Of a DNA stretch of 64,000 nucleotides, positions 10,181 to 20,605 are shown piece by piece. The position numbers and the translations under genes are program-made. Origin of the DNA: an uncultured bacterium (lineage in GTDB: Bacteria; Patescibacteriota; JABMPQ01; CAVVCK01). The first letter of the stretch is position 1, and the number at the start of each line of letters is the position of its first letter. The notes under the pieces are model-generated. The model worked only from the letters and a program-made list of their open reading frames with translations, ran no database searches and was not told the origin of the DNA. The DNA lies in the NCBI GenBank assembly GCA_963746775.1, contig CAVVCK010000001.1:211050-275049 (forward strand), written 5' to 3'.

Positions 10181-10741
10181 TTAATCCTGGCTTATTAAAT
10201 ACTGGCTATTTAAATTAGTTGTTATCTCAAAGGGAATATTTCCCTGGCTTATTAAATAGTCAGATGGTAAATCAATATTTCTAAAATACTTGAATTTATT
10301 TAGTGCTTCTATATATTGTAATAACTGATCACGTTCTTCCGCTTTGCCAGTAATCTTAACTTCATTTTTTTCTTTGTTTAAAATCACATCACTAATAACA
10401 ATTCTATCGGGAGTAATAGCTGTTAAATCTAATAAGATATTTGACCACAAAACTCTATTCTTCTGGATTTTATCAATATTAATAAACATTACATTAGCAT
10501 TTTTAATAGTTGTTTCTATCTCTTGATTTTTATCTGAATCAAAATAGTTTTCAAAAGCTTTGTTCTGATCTTCTAAAGATTCCAAATTATTAGTAAGTAA
10601 CCTTTTAGTCGCAAATAAAAGTTCATAAGTAAGTCCCAATATTATAAAAGATAGGATAAACATGCCAACCACAGAAATACTGGCTTTTTTAGTTTCTATT
10701 TTTGTCTTTAATTGTTTAGGTATCAAATTTAGTGTTATCAT
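10181..10741 (-). CDS. PilN-like type IV pilus assembly protein
   Basis: Short cytoplasmic N-terminus, single TM (ISVVGMFILSFIILGLTYELLFA), periplasmic domain; overlaps pilM stop by 4 bp. Confidence 0.55.
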   Translation of the reverse strand: MITLNLIPKQLKTKIETKKASISVVGMFILSFIILGLTYELLFATKRLLTNNLESLEDQNKAFENYFDSDKNQEIETTIKNANVMFINIDKIQKNRVLWSNILLDLTAITPDRIVISDVILNKEKNEVKITGKAEERDQLLQYIEALNKFKYFRNIDLPSDYLISQGNIPFEITTNLNSQYLISQD

Positions 10742-11820
10742 TTGGTTTGAAAGGTTTTAAGATCAGCGCCTCTTAGGGCTAGACCGATCGCTTCAGTATA
10801 TGTTAATGAGTCTTCATGGTTTAATCCCAAGGGTTTATTTAAATGTATATTAATCCAGGGATTTCCTAATCTTACTTTCTGTTTTGTTTTTAGAGAAAGG
10901 TAGGGAACTATACCAAAGAAAGAAGCTCCCCCGCCACAAATTAAAATCTCAAAATTTATATTTTTATTTTCTATATCTTGATAAAAATAATTTTCAATCT
11001 TCTGTATTTCACTTGCCAAATTATCTAAAACAGAATGAATAGAATCTAATATTTTTCTTTCTTTTTCTGAAATTTGAGGACTACAACAATTAACTTTTAT
11101 TTTTTCTGCCTCTGCCTCTTTAATATTCAAAATATCAGCAATTGTCTTAGTAAATAAATTGCCCGAAACAGTAAAAATACTAGAGCTGAAATATATCCTA
11201 TCATCTATTATAATATCAAAAACAGTCTTAGAAGCGCCAATATCTATAATCAAATATGCTTCTTTTTTATTTTTATCTCTTACTTCAGTGATTAAAGCTC
11301 GACTCTTAGAAGCAGTGCAAGGCTCCAGTACTTGTGTTTTAAGTTTGGCTTTATTGAAAACACTTAAATAGCCATCAATTAAATTTTTTGGAGCTGCTGC
11401 TAATAAAAGTTTTATTTCCCTACCTTCTTTATTTAATATTTGCCAATCTAGATAAGCATCATCAATTGACATAGGAATATGATTTTCTGCTTCCCACTTC
11501 ACTGCTTCTTCTAAATCAGATTTACCCATTTGAGGTACTTTTATAACTCTCACAAATGTTTTATTCTCAGGCAAAGAGCTAACAACATAAGGAGTAGTAA
11601 TTTTTTGCGGTTTGGCAAAACTTATAAGCTCTTGAACTAATAAAGCTACTTCACTTTCTTTTTTAATTTCTCCCTCTACTACTAAACCTTTGGGCAAACG
11701 CAAACGATTATAACCTGCTATTTCATAATTATTTATTTTTTTTCTTAACCAAAAAGCTTTAAGTGAAAAATCACTTATTTCCAAACCAAAAGCCTTTTTG
11801 TTATCTATGAAATCAAACAT
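10738..11820 (-). CDS. pilM: Type IV pilus assembly ATPase-fold protein PilM
   Basis: 360 aa actin-like ATPase fold signatures (IIDIGASKTVFDII, GGGASFFGIVPYLS), PilM-like N-terminus. Confidence 0.75.
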   Translation of the reverse strand: MFDFIDNKKAFGLEISDFSLKAFWLRKKINNYEIAGYNRLRLPKGLVVEGEIKKESEVALLVQELISFAKPQKITTPYVVSSLPENKTFVRVIKVPQMGKSDLEEAVKWEAENHIPMSIDDAYLDWQILNKEGREIKLLLAAAPKNLIDGYLSVFNKAKLKTQVLEPCTASKSRALITEVRDKNKKEAYLIIDIGASKTVFDIIIDDRIYFSSSIFTVSGNLFTKTIADILNIKEAEAEKIKVNCCSPQISEKERKILDSIHSVLDNLASEIQKIENYFYQDIENKNINFEILICGGGASFFGIVPYLSLKTKQKVRLGNPWINIHLNKPLGLNHEDSLTYTEAIGLALRGADLKTFQTK

Positions 11821-12064
11821 ATTATTTAATTCACCTTATGCAAAATATTAAAGTTTTATTAATTATTTTAAAAAAATAGCAATAAATTAACAGATATACA
11901 ATTGAAATATAATAGAAATAAATAGCGGTGTAATCAAAGCAACTTATTTCAATGTACTTCTATGTATTTCTACCATATTTCAGTTAATAATTTACACATT
12001 ATTGTTTTCCCTAATAAGCTTATTTTTAAAAATATTATTGCATAACATTAGTTAGTTCTTTTTG

Positions 12065-13462
12065 TTATTTTATTTCTCTCCAGGTAATCACCTCATATTC
12101 GCCCACGGTAGGAAATTGTGGAGGAGGGCCATAAGTTAAATAAGGATCATAAGTTGTTTCTGTCTGACTATAACCAGATATTATTGAGCCTCCGGAATCA
12201 ACCCAGCTCCAAGTCCAAATATTATTAGATATTACACTGCCCCAAATTTCTATTCTATCTTTTACGGCATGCTGCTCATATTTACTATCTGTATAATAAT
12301 ACCTAAAGCAATGCCCACCTTGAGCAAGCATAGCCGCATCAATCTCTAATTGTTCAGGGCTATATAAAGGAATTAAAACATCTTTTTGAGCTATTAACCC
12401 TATAGCAGTGCTTCCATCTTTGTCTCTATAAGTAATATTACCATTAATCATTATGTTAGTTTCAACTCCAGAATCACTAAAATCAGCCGAGGCTACAGTT
12501 AATCTTTCATCCGCTTCACCATCCACCCAAACATTATCTTCTACAAAGATAATTCCATTATTTGGTAAATTATATGTTTCTTCGGGACCTTCAGTCTTGA
12601 TATCAATTCCTCTCCATTGCCAGCCATCAGTAAAATCCCAGCCATAAGTCCAATATACATCGGAAACCTTATAAGCTTTAAAAGTATTTGAATTATAATC
12701 AAAGGTGATATGCCAACCATAACCACCCGAATTTCCTAAATAAACTCCATCATCCAAAGCTTCGTCACTTAGACCATCTAGATCGAGAATTATACTATTG
12801 AAATCAACTGTTGTTATTTCATGGGTTGGCGGAAAACGCCATAATTGTTGAATTTCACCATCTCCCCAAACTCCCGGGTGATTCTCATAATTACAACCAT
12901 GCTCTGGACCACATATGTAATTCGATAAAGGAGTATCCACAGTAGAATCAGATTCACCATCAAAACGTACACCACCATTTGAATGCATCTTACCAACTAT
13001 TTCTTCACCTTCACCTACCCAAGCATTACTATTAGTCAAAAATGCATAATCAGACAATGAGGGGATAGCTAATTTTGCCTCTATAATTCGCTCTACTCCA
13101 GGATCAACACCTATTTCCCCTGTTGATTTTATCGTCACTACTGTAGAGCCTAAGGGTGGCTCTGTTACTTCTAAATAAAACTGCCCAACCACATTGCCCG
13201 AAGCATCTTTATAATCATAATACTGATTCCCGCCAGAGTAGTCGTCAGAAGAATGTGCCAATCTCCATTTATAATAATTAATTCCTGCTTCAGCCACTTG
13301 GAAAGCACGCTCTAAATTTTGTTTTTTCAGGGCTGCTTTATGCAATAAAGACATTATTTCAATCAAAGAAATAGCAATCATCATGGATACAACACAAAAA
13401 ACTAAGACAATAACCAAAACATGTCCACTTTCTTTTTTTTTATTATTTTTTATCTTTATCAT
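12065..13462 (-). CDS. PilX-like pilus-associated protein (large minor pilin/tip protein)
   Basis: N-terminal hydrophobic segment followed by ..QNLERAFQVAEAGINYY.. matching PilX N-terminal domain pattern; 465 aa with Trp/Tyr-rich C-terminal domain. Confidence 0.55.
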   Translation of the reverse strand: MIKIKNNKKKESGHVLVIVLVFCVVSMMIAISLIEIMSLLHKAALKKQNLERAFQVAEAGINYYKWRLAHSSDDYSGGNQYYDYKDASGNVVGQFYLEVTEPPLGSTVVTIKSTGEIGVDPGVERIIEAKLAIPSLSDYAFLTNSNAWVGEGEEIVGKMHSNGGVRFDGESDSTVDTPLSNYICGPEHGCNYENHPGVWGDGEIQQLWRFPPTHEITTVDFNSIILDLDGLSDEALDDGVYLGNSGGYGWHITFDYNSNTFKAYKVSDVYWTYGWDFTDGWQWRGIDIKTEGPEETYNLPNNGIIFVEDNVWVDGEADERLTVASADFSDSGVETNIMINGNITYRDKDGSTAIGLIAQKDVLIPLYSPEQLEIDAAMLAQGGHCFRYYYTDSKYEQHAVKDRIEIWGSVISNNIWTWSWVDSGGSIISGYSQTETTYDPYLTYGPPPQFPTVGEYEVITWREIK

Positions 13463-13513
13463 ACTGATTATTGTTGAAGCACATACAAATATTATATGGA
13501 AATTAAAATTTTT

Positions 13514-14122
13514 TTATAAATTTTCTTTTAAATTTCTTAGTTGAGCTTCAGTACTAACATTAATAGGTTCTGGTAATCTCTGTGTGTCAACATCTATAGT
13601 TAAATTAAGCCTAACTAATTTAATAACACTTTTATTTACTGGAAATGATAACGGATTCCTGGTACCTTCATAGTCCTGATCATAATAGGAAAAGACATTA
13701 TCAGGATTAGTTATATATTGTGCTAAGGTGTTAACTTGTTCTACATCATCATAGTTAGGAGGATCTCCCTGAGGTTCAATTACTCCTCTTTTTAATTCAC
13801 TACCCTCTGTATAATATCTTACTCGCTCAGCATTAATATCTCCATCTATATTAGTGTAAAAAGTTATTGAATTGGCTGTAGCATCAACAATAGGATATGC
13901 ACCTGTATCAGAATACATACTGCTTCTAATTTCACTGGCAGTAATTGATAAAGCTTTTCTAGCACTATTTTGAGCCAAAATATGTTTAACACTTTTATTT
14001 TGTGCTCTTAAGCTCATCCAGGCATAAACAGTAATACTAACTAAAACCATAGAAAAAATACCTAAAACTACCACCATTTCAATTAAAGTTATACCGGCTG
14101 ATTTATTTTTATTTAATACCAT
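13514..14122 (-). CDS. Prepilin-type N-terminal cleavage/methylation domain minor pilin
   Basis: MVLNKNKSAG|ITLIEMVVVLGIFSMVLV class-III signal peptide. Confidence 0.65.
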   Translation of the reverse strand: MVLNKNKSAGITLIEMVVVLGIFSMVLVSITVYAWMSLRAQNKSVKHILAQNSARKALSITASEIRSSMYSDTGAYPIVDATANSITFYTNIDGDINAERVRYYTEGSELKRGVIEPQGDPPNYDDVEQVNTLAQYITNPDNVFSYYDQDYEGTRNPLSFPVNKSVIKLVRLNLTIDVDTQRLPEPINVSTEAQLRNLKENL

Positions 14123-14155
14123 TTTGGTATAATTAAATTTTTCCTATTTTTATTA

Positions 14156-15490
14156 TTAATTAGGTTGCACAGCCATTGAGATTTCTCTTGTAGTTTGCCC
14201 AGCAACTTCAATCACATCACCAAAATCAACATAGCCATCTTTCTGAACTTCTAGCGTATAGCTTTCTTGTAACAATGGTGTAAAAAATACTTGTCCAACT
14301 GAATCAGTTGACTGGGTTTCATCATAACTATTGCCAATTATTCTAACACTAGCTTCAGACAAAGGATTATTTTCACTATCTAGGATTATCATTCTTAAAG
14401 TATTGCCGGCATGCTCTGTTAGAGAAATAGTAATATTTTTATTTTCACCAGCTGATAAATTTACCGGATCTGGAGGATCGATTTTAGCAATATCATAATC
14501 TTGATTATCTTCAGTAATAGCATAATTATCCCATTCAACATTATTAATAGTAAGCTGACCTGAACCATTAGTAGTAATATTTTCAAACTTATTTCTAATT
14601 ACCGGCTGATTTTCTCCATCAAATCCTAATCTTCTCTTTCCAGTTAAATTTAGTTGGATATCACCAATAGGTGCCGGCACTTCATTGTTATCTTGCGTTA
14701 AAATGTTAATGGTACTCACTAAATCAATTACAAAACTAATCTCTGTTATACCTCCATCATAAACTGATTGGTGAGGTAAATCAGGATCAGGCAAATCATT
14801 ATTAATTGCTGAAGTATAATCAGAAGTAAAGCCCGCTTTAGAAACATTAATAGCATAATCAGGATTAATATCCGGTGTAACTGAATAGAACATTCTCTTT
14901 CCTTCAACATTAGTAGTACCTGAAAAATTTATACCTAAATTACTATTACTTACATCTATGTTGGCATTAGAAACAGGCTCATTGCTTTTATTAAAAACTT
15001 CAATGGATAAAACACCGCCTGGCTGTTCCGCCTCTTCTACTCCCCTAGGAGAAATATCAGTATAGAGCTCTACTGGGTTACCGCTCTCATATTTATCCCA
15101 AGTTACTTCTACTTTTACCTTTTTATAATCAGAACCTAGCGTATCAATCGGTACTAAACTATCATAGGGATCATCATAATAATTTACTTCTGTTTTAATG
15201 GTATAATTAATATTATCAATCTCCTTAACCTGCTCGCTGGGAATATCTCCCTGTGGCCAACCATTGGTTGTAGCTATATCACTGTAGGGAAGATTGTGAA
15301 TCATCTCTAGCTGTTGATTAGCTAAACCTACGGCTGTTGTTCTAGCTTCGCTGATAGCAGAATTTTTAAATACTACCCTAAAAATAGCAAAAATTGCTGT
15401 AAAAAAAATACCCATAATTGCAAGAGCAACTAGTGTTTCAACTAAAGTAAATCCCTGCTTTCTTTTTGTGTTTTTTTTATTTAATAACAT
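14156..15490 (-). CDS. Large type IV pilin-like protein with Ig/carboxypeptidase-regulatory-like domains
   Basis: Prepilin signal KRKQG|FTLVETLVALAIMGIFF; 444 aa with beta-sandwich-like repeats (..GQVFFTPLLQESYTLEVQKDGYVDF..). Confidence 0.65.
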   Translation of the reverse strand: MLLNKKNTKRKQGFTLVETLVALAIMGIFFTAIFAIFRVVFKNSAISEARTTAVGLANQQLEMIHNLPYSDIATTNGWPQGDIPSEQVKEIDNINYTIKTEVNYYDDPYDSLVPIDTLGSDYKKVKVEVTWDKYESGNPVELYTDISPRGVEEAEQPGGVLSIEVFNKSNEPVSNANIDVSNSNLGINFSGTTNVEGKRMFYSVTPDINPDYAINVSKAGFTSDYTSAINNDLPDPDLPHQSVYDGGITEISFVIDLVSTINILTQDNNEVPAPIGDIQLNLTGKRRLGFDGENQPVIRNKFENITTNGSGQLTINNVEWDNYAITEDNQDYDIAKIDPPDPVNLSAGENKNITISLTEHAGNTLRMIILDSENNPLSEASVRIIGNSYDETQSTDSVGQVFFTPLLQESYTLEVQKDGYVDFGDVIEVAGQTTREISMAVQPN

Positions 15491-15506
15491 GCACTTACTT
15501 TTATGC

Positions 15507-15617
15507 TTTTACCACGTACGAATTTCCGAATAAATAAATATTGTTTTTTTTCTTTTTAAGTAGTTTTATTAATCAGAAAAATATAATTTTAAACATTAGA
15601 AATTTGTACGTGGTTCA
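15507..15617. repeat. Inverted-repeat motif pair (site 2): TTTTACCACGTACGAATT ... AATTTGTACGTGGTTCAT flanking a roughly 77-bp AT-rich spacer
   Basis: Seen in sequence; arms ACCACGTACGAA / TTTGTACGTGGT are reverse complements with one mismatch; located between pilin start (15490) and pilC stop (15621). Confidence 0.6.
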
Positions 15618-15620
15618 TAT

Positions 15621-16823
15621 TTAAAAATTTTCCATAAGTGAATATATAGGTGAGATCACCGAAACTGCCACCACACCTACTACTAACCCTAATATTACCA
15701 TAAGTACAGGCTCTAGAATAGAGGAAAGATTGTTCATAGTTTCTGTTACTTCTTTTTCATAAAAATCTGCAATTTCATTTAATATTTCATCTAAGGATCC
15801 TGTCTCTTCACCTACCATGATCATTTGTGTTACCAGCGGAGGAAATAAATTTTTTTCTTTCTCTAATATATCTACAATTTTTATGCCCTTTTTAACTTTA
15901 TCAATTGCCTCTTTCATTACTTTTTTATAATAAATATTTCCTAAAACATCACGGGTAATCTGAAAGGCTTTAGTTATAGGAATACCACTACGTAATAGCG
16001 TACTCATGTTTCGGGCAAATCTAGCTATATTGATCTTTCTAATAATAGGACCTAAAATAAACATTTTAACATTAAAAGCATGCGTTATTTTCTTACCACC
16101 ACTGGTTCTTGATAAGAAAAATATTCCCATAATTAGTGCACCTGCCCCTATACCAGCAAAAATACCATATACCTGAATGAAATGAGAAAGACCAATTAAC
16201 ATTCTCGTAGTTAGGGGGAGTTCTACGTCAAAATCTGTAAATATTGCCGTTAACTGCGGCAAAACAAAAATCACCATTAATACACCTACTCCTACCATAG
16301 TTAGTAAAACTACAATAGGATACATTAAGGCTCCCCTTACTTTTACTATTAATTCTCTATCTTTTTTCATTTGAGTAGCCAATTCATTTAACACTTTTTC
16401 TAATTGGCCACTCATTTCTCCCATCCTGATCATACTGATATAAAAAGGAGAAAATATTTTTGGATAAGCTCCCAAGCTATCTGCAAACATAGAGCCCTTT
16501 TCTATCTTTTTCTTTATATCTGTAATTATTCTTCTAAATCCATTTTTATTTGTTTGTTTTGCTAAAATATCCAAAGCACGCACAATAGATAGTCCAGCTT
16601 TTATCATTAAAAATAAATTTCTAGTTAGCATTATTTTTTCAACAGTAGAAATTTTTTCAGAAAATATTTTAAATTTACTTTTTTTCTCCTCAGCTTCGGC
16701 GAATGTTAAAAGCAGCCCCTGCTCACGTAAAATATGTGCTAATTCTTTTTTTGAGCTCACTAAAATTTCGCCTTTTTTTTCAAGACCTTCTTCATTGCGC
16801 GCTGTATAAGAATATTTTGGCAT
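15621..16823 (-). CDS. pilC: Type IV pilus inner-membrane platform protein PilC
   Basis: 400 aa, two T2SS-F domains, three TM segments, typical PilC/GspF architecture. Confidence 0.85.
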   Translation of the reverse strand: MPKYSYTARNEEGLEKKGEILVSSKKELAHILREQGLLLTFAEAEEKKSKFKIFSEKISTVEKIMLTRNLFLMIKAGLSIVRALDILAKQTNKNGFRRIITDIKKKIEKGSMFADSLGAYPKIFSPFYISMIRMGEMSGQLEKVLNELATQMKKDRELIVKVRGALMYPIVVLLTMVGVGVLMVIFVLPQLTAIFTDFDVELPLTTRMLIGLSHFIQVYGIFAGIGAGALIMGIFFLSRTSGGKKITHAFNVKMFILGPIIRKINIARFARNMSTLLRSGIPITKAFQITRDVLGNIYYKKVMKEAIDKVKKGIKIVDILEKEKNLFPPLVTQMIMVGEETGSLDEILNEIADFYEKEVTETMNNLSSILEPVLMVILGLVVGVVAVSVISPIYSLMENF

Positions 16824-16866
16824 AAATTTATTAAATTCTAAATCCTAATATAGAGATATTAAAATA

Positions 16867-18597
16867 TTATTCTTTAGTTATTCTCAAAATCTCCTCTATA
16901 GAAGTAATTTTAGTTATAGCCTTAGCAAATCCATCTTGGATCATAGTAAGCATACCATCTTTAACTGCCTGAGCCTGAATTTTTTCTGAAGAAGATGATG
17001 CTACCACCAAATCCTTAATAGCTTCATTTACATCCAAAACCTCAAAAATACCAACTCGTCCCTTGTAACCTTGCATATCGCAATGATCACAACCCTTCCC
17101 TTTATAAAAACTTATTTCCGCTAAAGATTTTTCTTTTTCTATAACTTTTTCCCTAACTAAAACCTTAATTATCTCTGCCATATCATATTGGCTTTCTAAC
17201 ATACCAATAGCAACTTTATCCAGCTTATATTCTTCTATACAATTAGTACATATTTTACGTGCTAATCTCTGAGCAACTACCACATTAACTGTTGAAGAAA
17301 TCAAAAATGGCTTAACCTGCATATCTGATAAACGAGCAAATGCTCCAGCAGAATTCATGGTATGCAAGGTAGATAATACCAAATGACCAGTTAGCGCTGA
17401 ATGTATAGCCATTTCAGCTGTTTCTTCATCACGTATTTCCCCAACCATAATTATGTCTGGATCTTGACGAACGAGAGACCTTAATCCATTAGCAAAAGTA
17501 AAGCCAATTTTAGCTTTCACCTGGCTCTGATTTATACGGGGCATTCTATACTCTATAGGATCTTCTATGGTTGCAATATTTACCTTAGTAGTATTTAAAA
17601 TATTTAAAACTGAGTACAAGGTGGAGGTTTTACCAGAACCAGTAGGACCTGTTACCAAAATCATTCCGTTAGGTTTTTGGACATTTTCCATAATTGTTTT
17701 CAACCCTCCTCCTCTTAAACCTAACTCTTCTAAAGATAATATTCTGCCTGACTCTATCAAAAGACGCATTACTATTTTTTCACCATCAAAAACTGGTAAA
17801 ATGGAAACACGAAAGGATATTTTCTGATCATCTTTTTCTATTTTAAACCTGCCATCCTGAGGCAACCGATGCTCATCTATTTTTAAGTTGGATAAAACTT
17901 TGATACGAGCCACAATACCAGCCATAATTTCCTTCGGCAAAACAATTACATCACGCAAGATGCCATCAATTCTATATCTCACCACAATATTTTTTTCTAA
18001 AGGTTCAATATGAATGTCAGAAGCTCCCTGTAAAACTGCATGTTCAACTAAAGTACTCACGATTCTCACAATAGGCATATTTTCAGCTAGTTTTTTTAGA
18101 TCTTTTTCTGGATTTCTGGAAACAACTAAACTTTGATCAATGATGTTTTTAAATTCTTGGCGTAAACCACGCTTGTACTGTTTCAAGACAGATCTAATAC
18201 CTGACTTAGTGGCTACATAAACTTTAACATTTCTGCCTATTTTCTTTTTAATAAATTCCAGAGTTTGCAGATCTCCTGGATTAGACATAGCTATTTCCAA
18301 AGTACCTTTTACCTCACCAAAAATTACAATTTCATTTTTTTGAGCTATTTGTTCTGGAATTTGAAAAAGTAAATCTTTTCTGATAACTTGCTTAGTTAAA
18401 TCTATAAAAGGAATTTTAATTTGTCTGGACAGTTCCTTAGATAAATACTCTTCATTAACTATATTTTTTTTTAAGAGTAAACTCTCCATATCTACTTTCT
18501 TCTTTTGCGCTTCTTTCTCAAACTTTTCAAAATCTTTCACATTCAAAATAGCATCCTCGGACAATTTATTTTTTAATTCTTTTGGATCCAAAGGCAT
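16867..18597 (-). CDS. pilB: Type IV pilus assembly ATPase PilB
   Basis: 576 aa; Walker A GPTGSGKTST, Asp/His boxes, tetra-Cys zinc motif CTNC...CDHC, N-terminal GspE-N domain. Confidence 0.9.
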   Translation of the reverse strand: MPLDPKELKNKLSEDAILNVKDFEKFEKEAQKKKVDMESLLLKKNIVNEEYLSKELSRQIKIPFIDLTKQVIRKDLLFQIPEQIAQKNEIVIFGEVKGTLEIAMSNPGDLQTLEFIKKKIGRNVKVYVATKSGIRSVLKQYKRGLRQEFKNIIDQSLVVSRNPEKDLKKLAENMPIVRIVSTLVEHAVLQGASDIHIEPLEKNIVVRYRIDGILRDVIVLPKEIMAGIVARIKVLSNLKIDEHRLPQDGRFKIEKDDQKISFRVSILPVFDGEKIVMRLLIESGRILSLEELGLRGGGLKTIMENVQKPNGMILVTGPTGSGKTSTLYSVLNILNTTKVNIATIEDPIEYRMPRINQSQVKAKIGFTFANGLRSLVRQDPDIIMVGEIRDEETAEMAIHSALTGHLVLSTLHTMNSAGAFARLSDMQVKPFLISSTVNVVVAQRLARKICTNCIEEYKLDKVAIGMLESQYDMAEIIKVLVREKVIEKEKSLAEISFYKGKGCDHCDMQGYKGRVGIFEVLDVNEAIKDLVVASSSSEKIQAQAVKDGMLTMIQDGFAKAITKITSIEEILRITKE

Positions 18598-18748
18598 TAT
18601 CTTTTAAATTATTTTTTGTAGTTACCCCTTGTATATTCTAGTTTCTTTTAAAATTTAATCATATTATACCAAATTTTTATAAAAATACTATATTTAACAA
18701 TTGATATTTTAAATATAATTTAATACTATTTAGGTATAATTACATCTT

Positions 18749-20563
18749 ATGAATAATTCAAAAATTAAAAACAGACTGTCACAACTTCCTCAGAAACCAG
18801 GTATTTACATCTTCCAGAACAAAAAGGGCATTATTTTATATGTTGGCAAAGCTAAGAATCTAAAAAAAAGAGTAAGCTCGTATTTTATAAAAAATAAAGA
18901 ATTAGCTCCTGACAAAGAGCTAATGCTACCCAAAATATCTAAAATAGACTACATAGTAGCCGATTCCGAATCAGAAGCACTACTACTAGAATCAAATTTA
19001 ATAAAGAAAGAAAGACCAAAATATAATGTAGTTCTAAAGGATGATAAGCAATATCAATATATAAAGATAGACTATAGCGATGATTTTCCAAGGATTTATA
19101 CAACTAGGGAAATAAAGAGGGATAAATCCTCACACTATGGACCTTTTACTGATGGCTTTGCTGTCAAAAATACACTTAATCTATTAAATAAACTCTTCCC
19201 CTACAGAGAATGTAGCCTAGAGATTTATGAAAATTCCAAGAAAAGAAGAGTATGCCTCAAATATCATATCAAAAGATGTTTAGGTCCTTGTGCCGGTTAC
19301 ATATCTAGGAATGATTATAATAAATTAATTAAACAGTGCGAACTTTTTCTACAAGGGAGACAAGACAAAATATTATTAGAAATGAAAAAGGAAATGAGAA
19401 ATGAAGCTAGTAATAGAAATTTTGAAAAAGCAGCCATCCTCCGCGATCAAATTCTTAACTTAGAAAAAATAATTGAAAAACAAAAAATTATTTCGACGAC
19501 GAAAATTGATCAAGACATAATTTCATATTTTCAAGGCGAAGACGTAACTATAATTAATCTCTTCATAATCAGAGAAGGTAAATTAATTGGTAAAGAAAAT
19601 TTTTATTTAAACACAAAAGGCAAAGACATCAAAGAAATACTGTCCACCTTCGTAAAGCTGCATTACCTAAATCAAAATATGATTCCCCGAGAAATAATAA
19701 TACAAAAAGATATAGAAGATAAACACTTGATAGCAGCAAGTCTATCTAAAAAAACGAATAGAAAAATTAATATTATAATCCCTGCCAGAGGTAAAAATTT
19801 AAAATTAATTCAGTTAGGTGAGAAAAATGCTAAGCTTTACTATCATAATGTATTAGCAAAAGAAAAGCCTAAGCAAACAGATAGCAGACAAATAAAGGTA
19901 TTAGAAAATATTAAAAAATTATTTAAGCTCGCAGATATCCCTCATCGAATTGAATGTTATGATATTTCTAATATTCAAGGAACTTCAGCCACTGGCTCTA
20001 TGGTAGTTTTTCAAAATGGCAAACCTGCTAAATCAGAATACCGCCGCTTTAGGATAAAATTCGGCTCAATTAGTGATACCGATATGATGAAAGAAATGTT
20101 AGCAAGAAGATTCAAACACAAAGATACTTCTCAGAAAAAATGGCCTCTGCCTAATTTAGTAATTATTGATGGGGGACAAGGACAGCTAAATGCTACAGTA
20201 AAAATTATAAAAGAACAAAAGTTAGACATACCAATAATCTCCATTGCCAAAAGATTAGAAGAACTCTACTCACCCAATTCAGATAGGCCTATTAGGTTAT
20301 CTAAAGATTCAAAGGAATTACAGTTAATTCAAAATATTAGAGATGAAGCTCATAGATTCGCTATTACCTATCATAAGAAAATACGAGAAAAGAAATTATC
20401 TGCTTCGGAATTAGATAGTATTAAGGGTATAGGTGATAAAAGACGTAAAGAGTTGTTAAATAAATTTAAGACTGTGAATAATATTAAGAAGGCTGAATTT
20501 AAAGAACTAAAAAAAATACTTGGAGAAAAAACAGCTCAAAAAATAATTATTAAATTAAAATAG
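18749..20563 (+). CDS. uvrC: Excinuclease ABC subunit C
   Basis: 604 aa; GIY-YIG N-terminus (PGIYIFQNKKGIILYVGKAKNLKKRVSSYF), UvrBC-interaction region, RNase H-like endonuclease and C-terminal HhH. Confidence 0.9.
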   Translation: MNNSKIKNRLSQLPQKPGIYIFQNKKGIILYVGKAKNLKKRVSSYFIKNKELAPDKELMLPKISKIDYIVADSESEALLLESNLIKKERPKYNVVLKDDKQYQYIKIDYSDDFPRIYTTREIKRDKSSHYGPFTDGFAVKNTLNLLNKLFPYRECSLEIYENSKKRRVCLKYHIKRCLGPCAGYISRNDYNKLIKQCELFLQGRQDKILLEMKKEMRNEASNRNFEKAAILRDQILNLEKIIEKQKIISTTKIDQDIISYFQGEDVTIINLFIIREGKLIGKENFYLNTKGKDIKEILSTFVKLHYLNQNMIPREIIIQKDIEDKHLIAASLSKKTNRKINIIIPARGKNLKLIQLGEKNAKLYYHNVLAKEKPKQTDSRQIKVLENIKKLFKLADIPHRIECYDISNIQGTSATGSMVVFQNGKPAKSEYRRFRIKFGSISDTDMMKEMLARRFKHKDTSQKKWPLPNLVIIDGGQGQLNATVKIIKEQKLDIPIISIAKRLEELYSPNSDRPIRLSKDSKELQLIQNIRDEAHRFAITYHKKIREKKLSASELDSIKGIGDKRRKELLNKFKTVNNIKKAEFKELKKILGEKTAQKIIIKLK

Positions 20564-20585
20564 AGGCACACAGAACGCATGCCTC
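20564..20585. terminator. Hairpin GAGGCA-N10-TGCCTC at convergent junction uvrC/ferredoxin gene; T-rich tract follows on minus strand
   Basis: Seen in sequence. Confidence 0.35.
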
Positions 20586-20605
20586 CAGACTAAAAGAACC
20601 CCCTC

